64,000 bases of DNA from Stegostoma tigrinum (lineage: Eukaryota), in the NCBI RefSeq assembly GCF_030684315.1, contig NC_081387.1, positions 23,244,647-23,308,646 of the forward strand. The letters are read 5' to 3'. The notes under the pieces were generated by a model. That model did not search any database, was not told the DNA's origin, and worked only from the letters and a program-made list of their open reading frames with translations. Made by a program: the position numbers and the translations under genes. Positions within the stretch are counted from its first letter, which is position 1. Each line of letters starts with the position of its first letter. Below, in pieces: positions 11,701-23,700 of this stretch.

Positions 11701-14700
11701 ATTGAACCATAAAGGTACAATACTGAAGATTTGGTTCCAAAGATAAAAGAAAGTAATATACAAGAGATGGTAACATAGAATGAAGCAATGTATTTACATT
11801 TAACACAGTTTGAAAATTTTAGAAATGCTCAATTAAGAATACAATCTTCTTGATCCCAATAGCATCATTTTACTATCTTAGACACCACAAGAATCCTTTC
11901 TGAGTCACATCTATAGACTTGACGTAATGTTTTCTTTCAACTCCTGGTCTTTGGTCGCTGATCCTTGATTAGTAACACAATTGAACTCAAACACTGTCAG
12001 CTTCACAACACCTCCCTGGTTCTAAACGAATAATTCTGGTCTGGACCTTTCACACAAAAACCCTGACACCTTGAGTTAATCTATTTCCTATCCTCTCTAA
12101 ATATCTCCCTTCTTATGAGAAATATTTCATAGATTTAACCTGGATTCTACCAAGGTATCTGCCAACAGTATGAATGACATAAGTAGACAAAGCGATGGTG
12201 TCCTGCAAAGTGCACCCAGGGAGTTAAGTAAGAAGTTAAAAAGCAAGACCTCAAGGGCAGTGATTTCTTCATTACTCCCAGTGCCACGCACCAGTGAGGG
12301 TAAAAATAGAAAGATAGACCAAGTGAATGCGTGGCTGAGAAGCTGGTGTAGGGGCAGGGTTTTCAGATCTCTTCTGGGTTAGAGGTGACCTGTACAAGAG
12401 AGACGGGTTACACTTGTACCTCTCTCCTCGGGGGGAGATTTTGTTCCTGTTACCCAGGAGGGTTTAAACTAATTTGACACAGTTTTGGGACTCTGAATAA
12501 GAGAGAGACCGTTGAGAAATCAGGGGTAAATACATTAGCCATTGAGAGCACAGTTACTATTTGGGATAGCCGGGGATACAGTAACGGAAAGGAAAGGCTT
12601 CTGGTTTAAAGTGCATTTATTTCAATGCATGAGGCCTGACGTAAGGCCGATGAGCTCAGAGAATTGATTGGCTGTGGGGTCTGGGATATTGCAACCAGAA
12701 CAGAAACAGGGCTGGGAGAAGGGCAGGACTCTCTCCTCAATGTTCCAGGATACAAAAGCTACAGGTGTGACAGAAGTCCAAGTAAGTGAGGAAGGAGAGC
12801 TGCCATTTGATAAGGGAGGACATAACAACAGTGCTTAGAGAAGATATTCCAAATGGGTCATCAAATGAGGTCATATGGTTAGAACTTAGAAACAAGAAGG
12901 GGATGGTCACTCTGTTGGGACTGTGTAATAGACCCCCCCCCCCGCCCAACAGCCAGTGGTTACTAGAGGAGCAAATGTGTAGAGAGATTGCAGTTACCTG
13001 TCAGAATAATAGATAATATAAGTTGGAGATATTAATTTCCCCAGTATTGACTTGACCACCCAGAGTGTAAAAGGTCCGGATGGGGTGGAATTTTTCAAAT
13101 GTGTCTCAGAAAGTTTGGTAAGTGAATACGTTGAGGTCCTAACTCAGGAGGGTGCAACACTGGACCATCTCTTTGGAACAGGTTCAGGCAAGTGACTGAA
13201 GTGTTAGTCGGAGACCACTTTGCAGTGACCGTAACTCCGTCATAGTTATGGAAAAAGATAGGATGGGGTCCACAGGTTAAGGTGCTAAACTGGTGCAGGA
13301 CCATTTTTGTGGCCTTTTGCAGGATCTAGCAGAGGTTGATTGGGTGAGTCTGTTTGAAGGAAAAGGAATGTGTGGCAAATGGGAGCTTTTCAAAGTGTAA
13401 TATCAAGAGTCCAGGAACAGTACATTCCTGTTAAGGTGAAGGGAAAAGCTGTCAGATTTGGGGATCCATGGTGAAGAAGGATATTGAGGCTCTGGTCAGG
13501 AAATGGAAGGCATACATTCCATTTTAAGCTATCAGGCTCAAGTGAATCCCTATTTGAGTATAAAAAGTATAGGAGCACTCTTAAGAGGGAAATCAGAAGA
13601 GCAAAAAGAGGGTATGAGCTGGATCTGGCAGATATTGAGCTTACAATGGTGCAGTGGTATTGTCACTGGACTGTGGGCCAGAGACCCAGATAATGTTCTG
13701 GAGACCTGGGTTCAAATCCTGGCAGATGGTGCAATTTGAATTTAATAAATATCTGGAACTAAGAGTCTAATGATGACCACGGATCATTGCTGATTGTTCG
13801 GAAAAACCCATCTGGTTCACTCATGCTCTTTAGGGAAGGAAACTGCCGTCCTTACCTGGTCTGGCCTACATGTGACTCTAGACCAACAGCAATGTGATTG
13901 TCTCTTAACTGCCCTCTGGGCAATTAGGGAAGGGCAATAAATGCTGGCCTGGCCAGCAACACCCTCATCACCTGAATGAATAAAGGAGATAAGGGTTTAA
14001 GATAATCCCAAAAGGTTCTATAGCCATATGAAGAGTAAAAGGCTGGCGAGGGAGAGAATAGGTCCTCTTAAAGATCAGCATGGCCATCTATGTGTGGAAC
14101 CACAGGAGATGGGGGAGATTTGTAATGAATATTTCCCATCCCTCAGAAAAAGACCTTATGCATTCATCCTATCTGTGCCCCTCAATAGAGTCAACACTGA
14201 GGAGAGAATCGTGGATGCTAAGGGAATAAGTGGGACGTGTTTGACCACATACATACGACCAGAGAGGAGGTGTTTGCAGCCTTAGGCGCATTAAGTTAGA
14301 TAAATTCCCTGGGCCTGATCAAGTCCATCCTTGGACATTGTGGGAGGCTAGGGAAGAAATTGCAGAGATTTTTGCTGCATCTTTAGCCGTTGATGAGGTT
14401 CTGGAAGACTGGATGGTGGCTGATGTTGTTCTACTGTTAAAGAAAAGGAGCAAAGATAGTCCAGCGACCTGCAGGACAGTGAGGCTGACATCAGTGGTAG
14501 GCAAGTTATTAGAGAGGATACTGAGGGACAGGATCAACCAACATTTGGATAGTCACGCTCTGATGAGGGATAGTCAGCATGGATTTATGCACAAGAAGTT
14601 ATATCTGACAAATCTTTGAGAGTTTTTCAAAGAGGAAACCAAGAGGATAGATGATGGTAGGATAGTGGATGTTGTCAATATGGTCATTGGTAAGGCCTTT

Positions 14701-17700
14701 AACAAGGTTTTGCATGGCAGGCTAGTCATGAAAGTTAGGTCGCATGGTATCCAGGGAAAGCTAGCTAATTGGATTGAAAATTGCCTCGATGGTAGGAAGC
14801 AAAGGGTGACAGTTGCAGGTTGTTTCTCAGACTGGAGGCCTGTGACTAGTGGTGTGCCGCAGGGATCAGTGCTGGGACCTTTGTTATTTGTTATTTACAT
14901 CAATGATTTGGATGTAAATGTATAAGGCATGACTGGTAAATTTGCTGAGGTTACAAAGTTAGGAGGTATCGTTGACAGTGAAGAAGGGTATCAAAAATAC
15001 AGAGGAATCTTGATCAGACAGAGAAGTGGGCTGAGGATGGATAAATGCAATTCAATACAAATAAGTGTGGGGTGTTGCACTTTGGAAAGTCAAACCAAGT
15101 AAGACTGAAACAGTAAATTGTAAGGCCCTGAGGAGTGTTATTGAACAGAGGCATCTAGGAGTGTAAGTACGCAATTTACTGAAAGCGGCGTCACAGGTAG
15201 ACAGGGTGGTGAAGAAGGCATTTAACATGCTGGTCTTCATCAGCCGAGGCACTGAGTATGGGAATTGGGACGTTATGTAACAGTTGTGTAAGTCGTTGGT
15301 AAGGCTGCACTTGGGAGCATTGTGTACAGTTTTAGTCACCCTGTTATAGGACAGACAGAGTTAAACTGGAAAGTGTGCAAGCAAGACTTACAAGGATGTT
15401 GCCAGGACTAGTAGGCCTGAGTTTTAGGGAGAGTTTGGTCAGGATAGGACTTGCTGTCCTATGTTCAAAGGAATGGTCGGGTGACCTTACTGAGGTGTAT
15501 GAAATCATGAGGGGCATAGGTGGGATGAATGCATGTAGTCATTTTGCTGGGAGATGGGGAATTGAAAACTAGAGGGCATAGATTTAAGGTGAGAGAGGAA
15601 AGATTTAAGAAGGACCTGAGGTGCAACTTCTTCACGCACAGTGTTCTGTGTATGGAATGGGCTGCTAGAGAAAGTGATTGAGGCAGGTACAATGGCAACG
15701 TTGTAAAAAAAATTTGGATAGGGACATGGATAGGAAAGTTTTAGAGGAATATGGACCAAATGCGAGCAGTTGGAACTAGCTGAGCAGGCACCGTGGTCAG
15801 CATGGCCCAGTTTGGGCTGAAGGGCCTGTATCCATGCCGGATCACTCAATGACTCTGTTACTGATCGTTACATCTGAGAGGCTTGCGAGTTATTTCAGAC
15901 GGCAGTTAAGAGTTGGTGACATTGCTGTTGGCCTGGAGCTGCTTGTAGGTCAGTCTGGATAAGAACAGCAGAATTTCCTCTTTAAAGGAAGTTAGTGAAA
16001 CTGATGTTTTTTGTAAGAATTGCTTCATGCCATCATGAGGTTTTTAATTCCAGGTATTTAAATATCAAATGCTACCATGTACTGTGCTAGGATTATTACT
16101 TGGATCTCAGGATTACTAGTCTAGCAGCGATACCAAATCAGCATTACCTACCACATTTAGAACCTAAATCCTGTGGTGAGGTCCTCAATCTGTGGTGAAT
16201 CAATGAAAGGCAAAATAAGAAAACAAGAGTGCCCTGTGTGACTGAAGTAAAATGAAGAACTGTGGATAACTGGAAGTCTGGAGAAACTGAGCAGGTCAGG
16301 CAGCGGCTGTGAAGAGAGAAAGTTAACATTTTGAGTCGGTTACATTTTGTATGATGTGAAAGTAGCTGGGAAATAGCAGTCTTGAATATTTTAGTCAAAA
16401 TGGAAATGCTCAGAGAGAGAGGAGCAGAATTTTCCTTTGCTTCTGTTTGTGCTGTGCCTTGTATCCAGTAAAAAATGATGTCCTGTGATTGAATAACCAG
16501 ATAAGGTTTACTCTCTCAGGCCAGATGTGAAGAAAAGACCACATGAGCAAGACATGACGGAGCTGCCCAGGGAAGTGTAGCATCCTTAGTGTAATTAGTG
16601 TTATTATTATAAGAGAAACTGTCTCATGAATAAATGTCATTGTTTAGAAGATATATAGTAACACTGATGTATATTCACCTGTACAAAAGTAAGGGTTACA
16701 TTAAGAATGATGTTGTTGTACAGTATCATGAAAGGATGTTTCAAAACGCTTGAGAAACAAGATGTTTCCGAGGTGTGTTCATTGTTTCATTGTGAGAAAT
16801 TCTGCAGCAATGTCCCACAAACAGAGTATGATGCAATGCGTGAGCTGTGATGTTGGCTGAGGAAAAATGTTGACCAGGGACAATCCCACGGATCGTCAGA
16901 GCAGTCCCACGGGATGTTTTATGTCCAACTGATGGGGCAGACAAGGCTCGGTTTAACAAGATATACAAGATAATGAGAGGCATAGATAGAGTTGATAGCC
17001 AGAGACTATTTCCCAGGGCAGAAATGGCTAGCACGAGGGGTCATAGTTTTAAGCTGGTTGGTGGAAAGTATAGAGGGGATGTCAGAGGCAGGTTCTTTAC
17101 GCAGAGAGTTGTGAGAGCATGGAATGCGTTGCCAGCAGCAGTTGTGGAAGCAAGGTCATTGGGGTCATTTAAGAGACTACTGGATATGCATACGGTCACA
17201 GAAATGAGAGGGTGTATACATGAGGATCAATGGTCGGCACAACATTGTGGGCTGAAGGGCCTGTTCTGTGCTGTACTGTTCTATGTTCTATGTTCTATGT
17301 TATCTCACTTGAAAGATGACACCTCTGATTGTGCAGCAGTCCCTCAGCACTGCACTGGGAGGGTCAGTGTGGATGACATGCTGAGATGTTTGGAGGAGAA
17401 TCTACAACCTCTTGCCTCAGAGGTGAAAGAGATACAACAGAATCGAGGCTAACACCTGTTTGGGTAAGATCTCAACACTCAAACCACTTCAAATACGGAG
17501 AACCTTTGTTTGAATTCACGGTGGGACATGGACATCACTGGCTGGGTCAGCATTTATTGCTAATCCTAGTAGCCCTTGAGAAGGCGGTGATGAGATGCCT
17601 TCTAAAACCGCTGTAGGCATCGTGGTATCACATTGGTATCACATGGATTGAGTATCATATTGATGTACCTACCAATAATTTAGTGTTTGTGACAACCAAA

Positions 17701-20700
17701 TCAATGAAGTGTATTAACAGCTTGATTTCTATTTTTAGGTCGGTGGAAATCTGTCAGTGATTCAGGTACGGTATACTGTTTGTCTTGAAATGTGGGTCAG
17801 TGAGGACATGGCTGATAGTGACTGAGATTTGCTGCACGTTAAAACACAGCAGCAAACTTCTCCATGACCTTAAGTTTATAGAAGGTAAAATCTGGGAGAG
17901 CAGCCTGCAGTGCATTAAGGGAGTCAAGATTGGAGCAGGACTTCCCAAACTGTGGGAACCCCCGACTGGGATCACTTAAACACCAGATGGGGTTGTATGC
18001 TCCCCACTCCTTTGAGTCCATGCCCCCACACAGGCATCAAGATCCAGGTGGTATCTGGCCCTCCCTGTTCACCTCACTGTTCACCTCGAGATGGAGTGGG
18101 GGAAGCAATGGAGGGATGGAGGGCGGGGTAGGGAGGCGTTCTAAAGGTTCTATTATTTAGGCTGTGAATCCTGAAAAAGAAGCCACAGGCCCCGTCCATT
18201 TGACTCAGACTGGGCTGAAAGGAACGGCGTTCCAGGATCTTAATGCAGTGACAGTAAAGGAACAGTGACATGGTTCCAAATCGGCATGGTGCGTGGTATG
18301 GAAAGGTGTTTCAGTGAGTCTGTTGTACCTGTATTTCTCGGTGAGACAGGTTGTAGGTTTGGAGGGAGTTATCAGAGAACACTGATGGTGCAGTGAGTTA
18401 CAGTAATGCATCTTATAGCTGGGACACACTGCTGCCGTTGTCCATCAGTACGGGCTGAACTGAATGTTTAAGGTGGTGGATTGAGTTCTGAAAGGTCAGG
18501 TCGATTGGCCCTGCAAAGGGTCAAGTTTTAGTGGTGTTGTTGTTGCAGGACATCTCTACGTAATTGGCAAATATTTTATCACATTCCTTGTAGGTGTTTG
18601 ACTGACGTTGGTCAGTCAGGAGCTGAGTCACTGCCAGCAGATTTCCCTGTTCTCATCGTGACAGTATTTATGTCGCTGGTCTGGTTAAGTTTCAGGCGAA
18701 TGATCAACTCCCAAGATGTTGTTGGTTGGCAATCAGTGATGGTGGGAATGTTGATTGTCAGTGCAGCTGATTAAATGCCCACTTCTGAGAGATGGTCATT
18801 GCCTGGCACTTGTGTGCCAGTGGCATTACTGATTATATAAAGCGACCTGTCTCAGCTTTCTCTGTGTCCCCACACGGGAGTAGGATGTAACATGTCACTG
18901 CTGCTATTGGTGTGAAACTTTGAAATGGTTTTGAAAAAGATTAAAGACCGGAATGAGGAAATTCTTCCCTTACCGCCCAGACTGCAGCTTAACTTTCTCA
19001 ACATTTTCAGGCTAATGCCTTCCAATTCACAGCCAGCAGTTAAAAGTTCACGTGCCATTTTCTTCTGTGGAATTATATACATGCTGATTTCCCCGGTTTC
19101 ACTGGTTTCTTGTTTCTGATTTCAGATTGGAAGAATATTTCGAAGTGCAAAGGTAAGGTCCTTATGCTATCACAATGAGTATTTATGGAAGAGTAACTAC
19201 AAGGGATTTTATCCCTGAGCCACCTTCTCTTGTCACTCTCCAGTAACAATGTGCATCCTTCAGGGGAACTTTCTGGGTTCCTGTTGCTGCATCAGGGTAT
19301 CAAACCCCAGCAGCACCGATTGGGAAATAGCTGCTACACTGCCCACAATTTTCCGTCTATCGATGGGAATGAATGGCAGATCAAGAGCAGCATGGATGCA
19401 GTTTCCAATCTGCATGACAATTGGGCGACTCACAGGCCAGCAATGTGAACTCAGAAAACAAGCTCTGAAGTTGGAAGATTTCTGTATTTTTAACAGGTAT
19501 AATTCATATAGTTCAGTGTCTGTCACTCTTATCCTTTCCATCCTGTGACTCCTGGTCTGTTCCTGATCTAATTCAGCCTGAGGACATTGCACCTGTTCCT
19601 TGGGTATGGTCCGAGGTCCAGTCATCTTTCGCTGCATTTTAATTTATTTTTGGAATGTGTACATTTATTTTCCATCCTTTATTTCCCTTGAGGAGGTGCA
19701 GTTGAGCAGGCTCCTAGAACAATGGGAGATCACGTGGTGTTGATGCACCCACAAAGCTGTCAGGGGTGTATTCCCAGAATGTTATGCCAACAATAGTGAA
19801 GGAACAGCAGTATAGTTCCCATTCAGGATGGTGTCTGAGTGTGAGGAGGGGCCTTGTAACTGTCGGGTGGTGATGACCCCATGCATCTGCTTCCATTGTC
19901 TTCCACGGTGGTGGGGGTCAGGGGTTTATCAGGAAATTGAATGGACACATAATGCGAGTAAAGCTGCAAGGTTTGGGGATTACAATGGAGGAATAGAACT
20001 GACTGAATTGTTTTATAGAGAGCTGGGATTGACATGAAGGCTAAATCACCACTGTCTGTGCCATTGTGACTCTGAGAGGCTGCTGTAGGAGGAAGCTGAG
20101 TGAGTGCATGCAGTGTACCTCGTGTGTGGTACGCACTGCTACCAGTATGCAGACAGCAGTGTGCACCAGAGGGGGCTTATCGTCACAGGCCCAGTGACCT
20201 GTAAATGTCAGAGCAGTAACGGTTTCAAAGTCTGTGTCTCTGTAGGAAGGTGGTCACTGGACCATTCACCGCAATGAATGAGGAGCTGATCCCAAAGGGA
20301 AGTGGTGGGATCCCAGTATCGGTGATTTGATTCGATTTATTTTTGTCACAAGTACTGAGGTACAGTGCAAAGTATTGCTTTGCAAGCTATCCGGGGGAAT
20401 TATAACGTACCTAAGTACATCAGGAGAATAGAACAAAATGCCGAATACAATGTTACAGCTGCAGAGAAAGATCAATTTGAATATATGATAGGTCTGTTCA
20501 TTATGTGGTTTCAAACTGTTGTATCTTCTGCCCAATGGAAGAGGGTGGAAGGGAATGGTACTCAATTTCCACAGTTCAGGATCATGCCATGCATTTTTCC
20601 AGGTATCTCTGGGCACTCCCATCGTGTGGCTCCTCACTTAGTTAAGAAGAATGCCAATGCTATGTTGAAGAGGGCCAGCCAGTATCTATGGATTTCCAGT

Positions 20701-23700
20701 CTGAATGATCAATGTGAGAGGTTTATAGGAATCGGGTTCGTTGCTGGATTCTCCCATGTGTCAGAGATCCTTGATTGCACGTTGGTCTTACCCAACAGGA
20801 AAGACTTTCACTCAACGTACAGCTGTTCTGAAGCTATTAGTAAATGTTTCTTCAGGCCTCAGTGAGGAGATTTCTCACAATACTTACACTCTCAGGCACT
20901 CCTGACCTTCTCAGGCCCCACTTGTGTCTTCAAGATGAATGCTGGGTGGCCAGGGCTACCTGGTGAAGACACAGTTCCTCCTATTTCTATCGAATCTATC
21001 CCAGATGATATTGAACTTCTTGCGTATCCATCAGACTCCTGAAGGCTTCTTCATCGATGCTTTGGAGTGTCAGGGCATGAGATACTGACCTTTGACCTGG
21101 AGCTGTAGCTACAGTATTTGTTTGACTGGTGCATCTGTGGCTGGTGGTCACATTGCATAAAGCTGATGGTTATTCGGTGATGGCAATGCTGTTGGATGTT
21201 AAGAGGAGATATGTAGGCAATTGCTTGGTACTTCTATATCATGAAAATAACTTGTTAGTTCAAGCCTGGATGTTGTCCAGGTCACTTGCATATGGATGCA
21301 GACTGCTTCAGTATCTGAGGAGCGGTGAATAGTGCTGAGTGTTGTACCCCAGGCAGCTAAAGATGGTTGGGTCGAGGAAGAGATGTTTCATCACATCTCT
21401 GAGCAGCTTGATTCGAAAGTATCTTCCCCGAGGAGCTGCTGTAGTGATGTCTCTTGCTGAGATGATTGATTTCCAGCAACCACATCCAACTTCCTTTGGA
21501 CAGGAAATGATTCTTTAATGCAAGGAGTATCAGGAATAAAAGTGATGAACTTAGAGCATGGATCAGTACCTGGTGCTATGATGTTGTGGCCATAACAGAG
21601 ACATGGGTTTCTCAGGGGCAGGAATGGTTGCTGGATGTTCCAGGGTTTAGAACGTTTAAAAAGAATAGGGAGGGGGGAAAAAGAGGAGGGGGTGTAGCAC
21701 TACGAATCAGAGAGGGTATCACAGCTACAGAAGCTTCCACTGTCGAGGAAGATCTGCCTACTGAGTCAGTATGGGTGGAAATTAGGAACAGCAAGGGAGT
21801 AGTCACCTCGTTAGGGGTTTAGTACAGGCCCCCCAATAGCAGCAGGGAGATTGAAGAAAGCATAGGTCGACAGATTTTGGAAAAGTGTGCACGCAGTAGG
21901 GTTGTTGTAATGGGTGACTTTAACTTTCCTAATATTGATTGGAACCTCCTTCGAGCAGATGATTTGAATGGAGCTGTTTTTGTAAGGTGTGTTCAGGAGG
22001 GTTTCCTAACGCAGTACGTTGACAGGCCGACGAGGGGAGAGGCCATTCTAGACTTGGTGCTTGGAAACGAGCCGGGGCAGGTATCAGATCTTGTGGTGCG
22101 AGAGCATTTTGGTGATAGTGACCATAACTGCCTCACATTCTACATAGCTATGGAGAAGGAGAGGATTAGGCAAAATGGGAGGATATTCAATTGGGGAAGA
22201 GGAAACTATGATGCGATTAGACATGAGTTAGGAAGCATGGACTGGGAGCAGTTGTTCCATGGTAAGGGCACTATAGACATGTGGAGACTGTTCAAGGAAC
22301 ACTTGTTGGGAGTGATGAGTAAATATGTCCCTCTGAGACAGGCAAGAAGGGGTAAGATTAAGGAACCTTGGATGATGAGAGCGGTGGAGCTTCTAGTGAA
22401 AAGGAAGAAGGTAGCTTACATAAGGTGGAGGAAGCTAGGGTCAAGTTCAGCTAGAGAGGATTACATGCAGGCAAGGAAGGAGCTCAAAAATGGTCTGAGG
22501 AGAGCCAGGAGGGGGCACGAGAAAGGCTTGGCAGAAGGAATCCGGGAAAACACAAAGGCATTTTACACTTACGTGAGGAATAAGAGAATGATCAAAGAAA
22601 GAGTAGGGCCGATCAGGGATAGCATAGGGAACTTGTGTGTGGAGCCTGAGGAGGTAGGGGAAGCCCTAAATGAGTTTTTTGCTTCTGTCTTTACGAAAGA
22701 AACGAAGTTTGGAGTGAATGAACCCTTTGAAGAGCAGGTGTGCATGCTGGAATGGACAGAGATAGAGGAAGCTGATGTGCTGAAAATTTTGTCAAACATT
22801 AAGATTGACAAGTCGCCAGGCCCGGACCAGATTTGTCCTCGGCTGCTTTGGGAAGCGAGAAATGCAATTGCTTCGCCACTTGCGAAGATCTTTTCATCCT
22901 CGCTCTCCACTGGAGTCGTACCTGAGGACTGGAGAGAGGCAAATGTAATTCCTCTCTTCAAGAAAGGAAATAGGGAAATCCCCGGCAATTATAGACCGGT
23001 AAGTCTCACGTCTGTCGTCTGCAAGGTGTTAGAAAGGATTCTGAGGGATAAGATTTATCACCATCTGGAAGAGCATGGCTTGATCAAATACAGTCAACAC
23101 GGCTTTGTGAGGGGTAGGTCATGCCTTACAAACCTTATCGAGTTTTTTGAGGATGTGACTAGAAAAGTTGATGAGGGTCGAGCTGTGGATGTGGTGTATA
23201 TGGACTTCAGTAAGGCATTTGATAAGGTTCCCCGTGGTAGGCTCATTCAGAAGGTCAGGAGGAATGGGATACAGGGGAACTGAGCTGCTTGGATACAGAA
23301 TTGGCTGGCCAACAGAAGACAGCGAGTGGTAGTAGAAGGAAAATATTCTGCCTGGAAGTCAGTGGTGAGTGGAGTTCCACAGGGCTCTGTCCTTGGGCCT
23401 CTACTGTTTGTAATTTTTATTAATGACTTGGACGAGGGGATTGAAGGATGGGTCAGCAAGTTTGCAGACGACACAAAGGTCGGAGGTGTCGTTGACAGTG
23501 TAGAGGGCTGTTGTAGGCTGCAGCGGGACATTGACAGGCTGCAGAGATGGGCTGAGAGGTGGCAGATGGAGTTCAACCTGGGTAAATGCGAGGTGATGCA
23601 TTTTGGAAAGTCGAATTTGAAAGCTGAGTACAGGATTAAGGATAGGATTCTTGGCAGCGTGGAGGAACAGAGGGATCTTGGTGTGCAGATACATAGATCC

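Noticed and set aside
20365-20865. 166-aa ORF (also 47761..48519, 252 aa)
   Set aside because: No recognisable domain; they run across mosaics of decayed, partly antisense LINE fragments.
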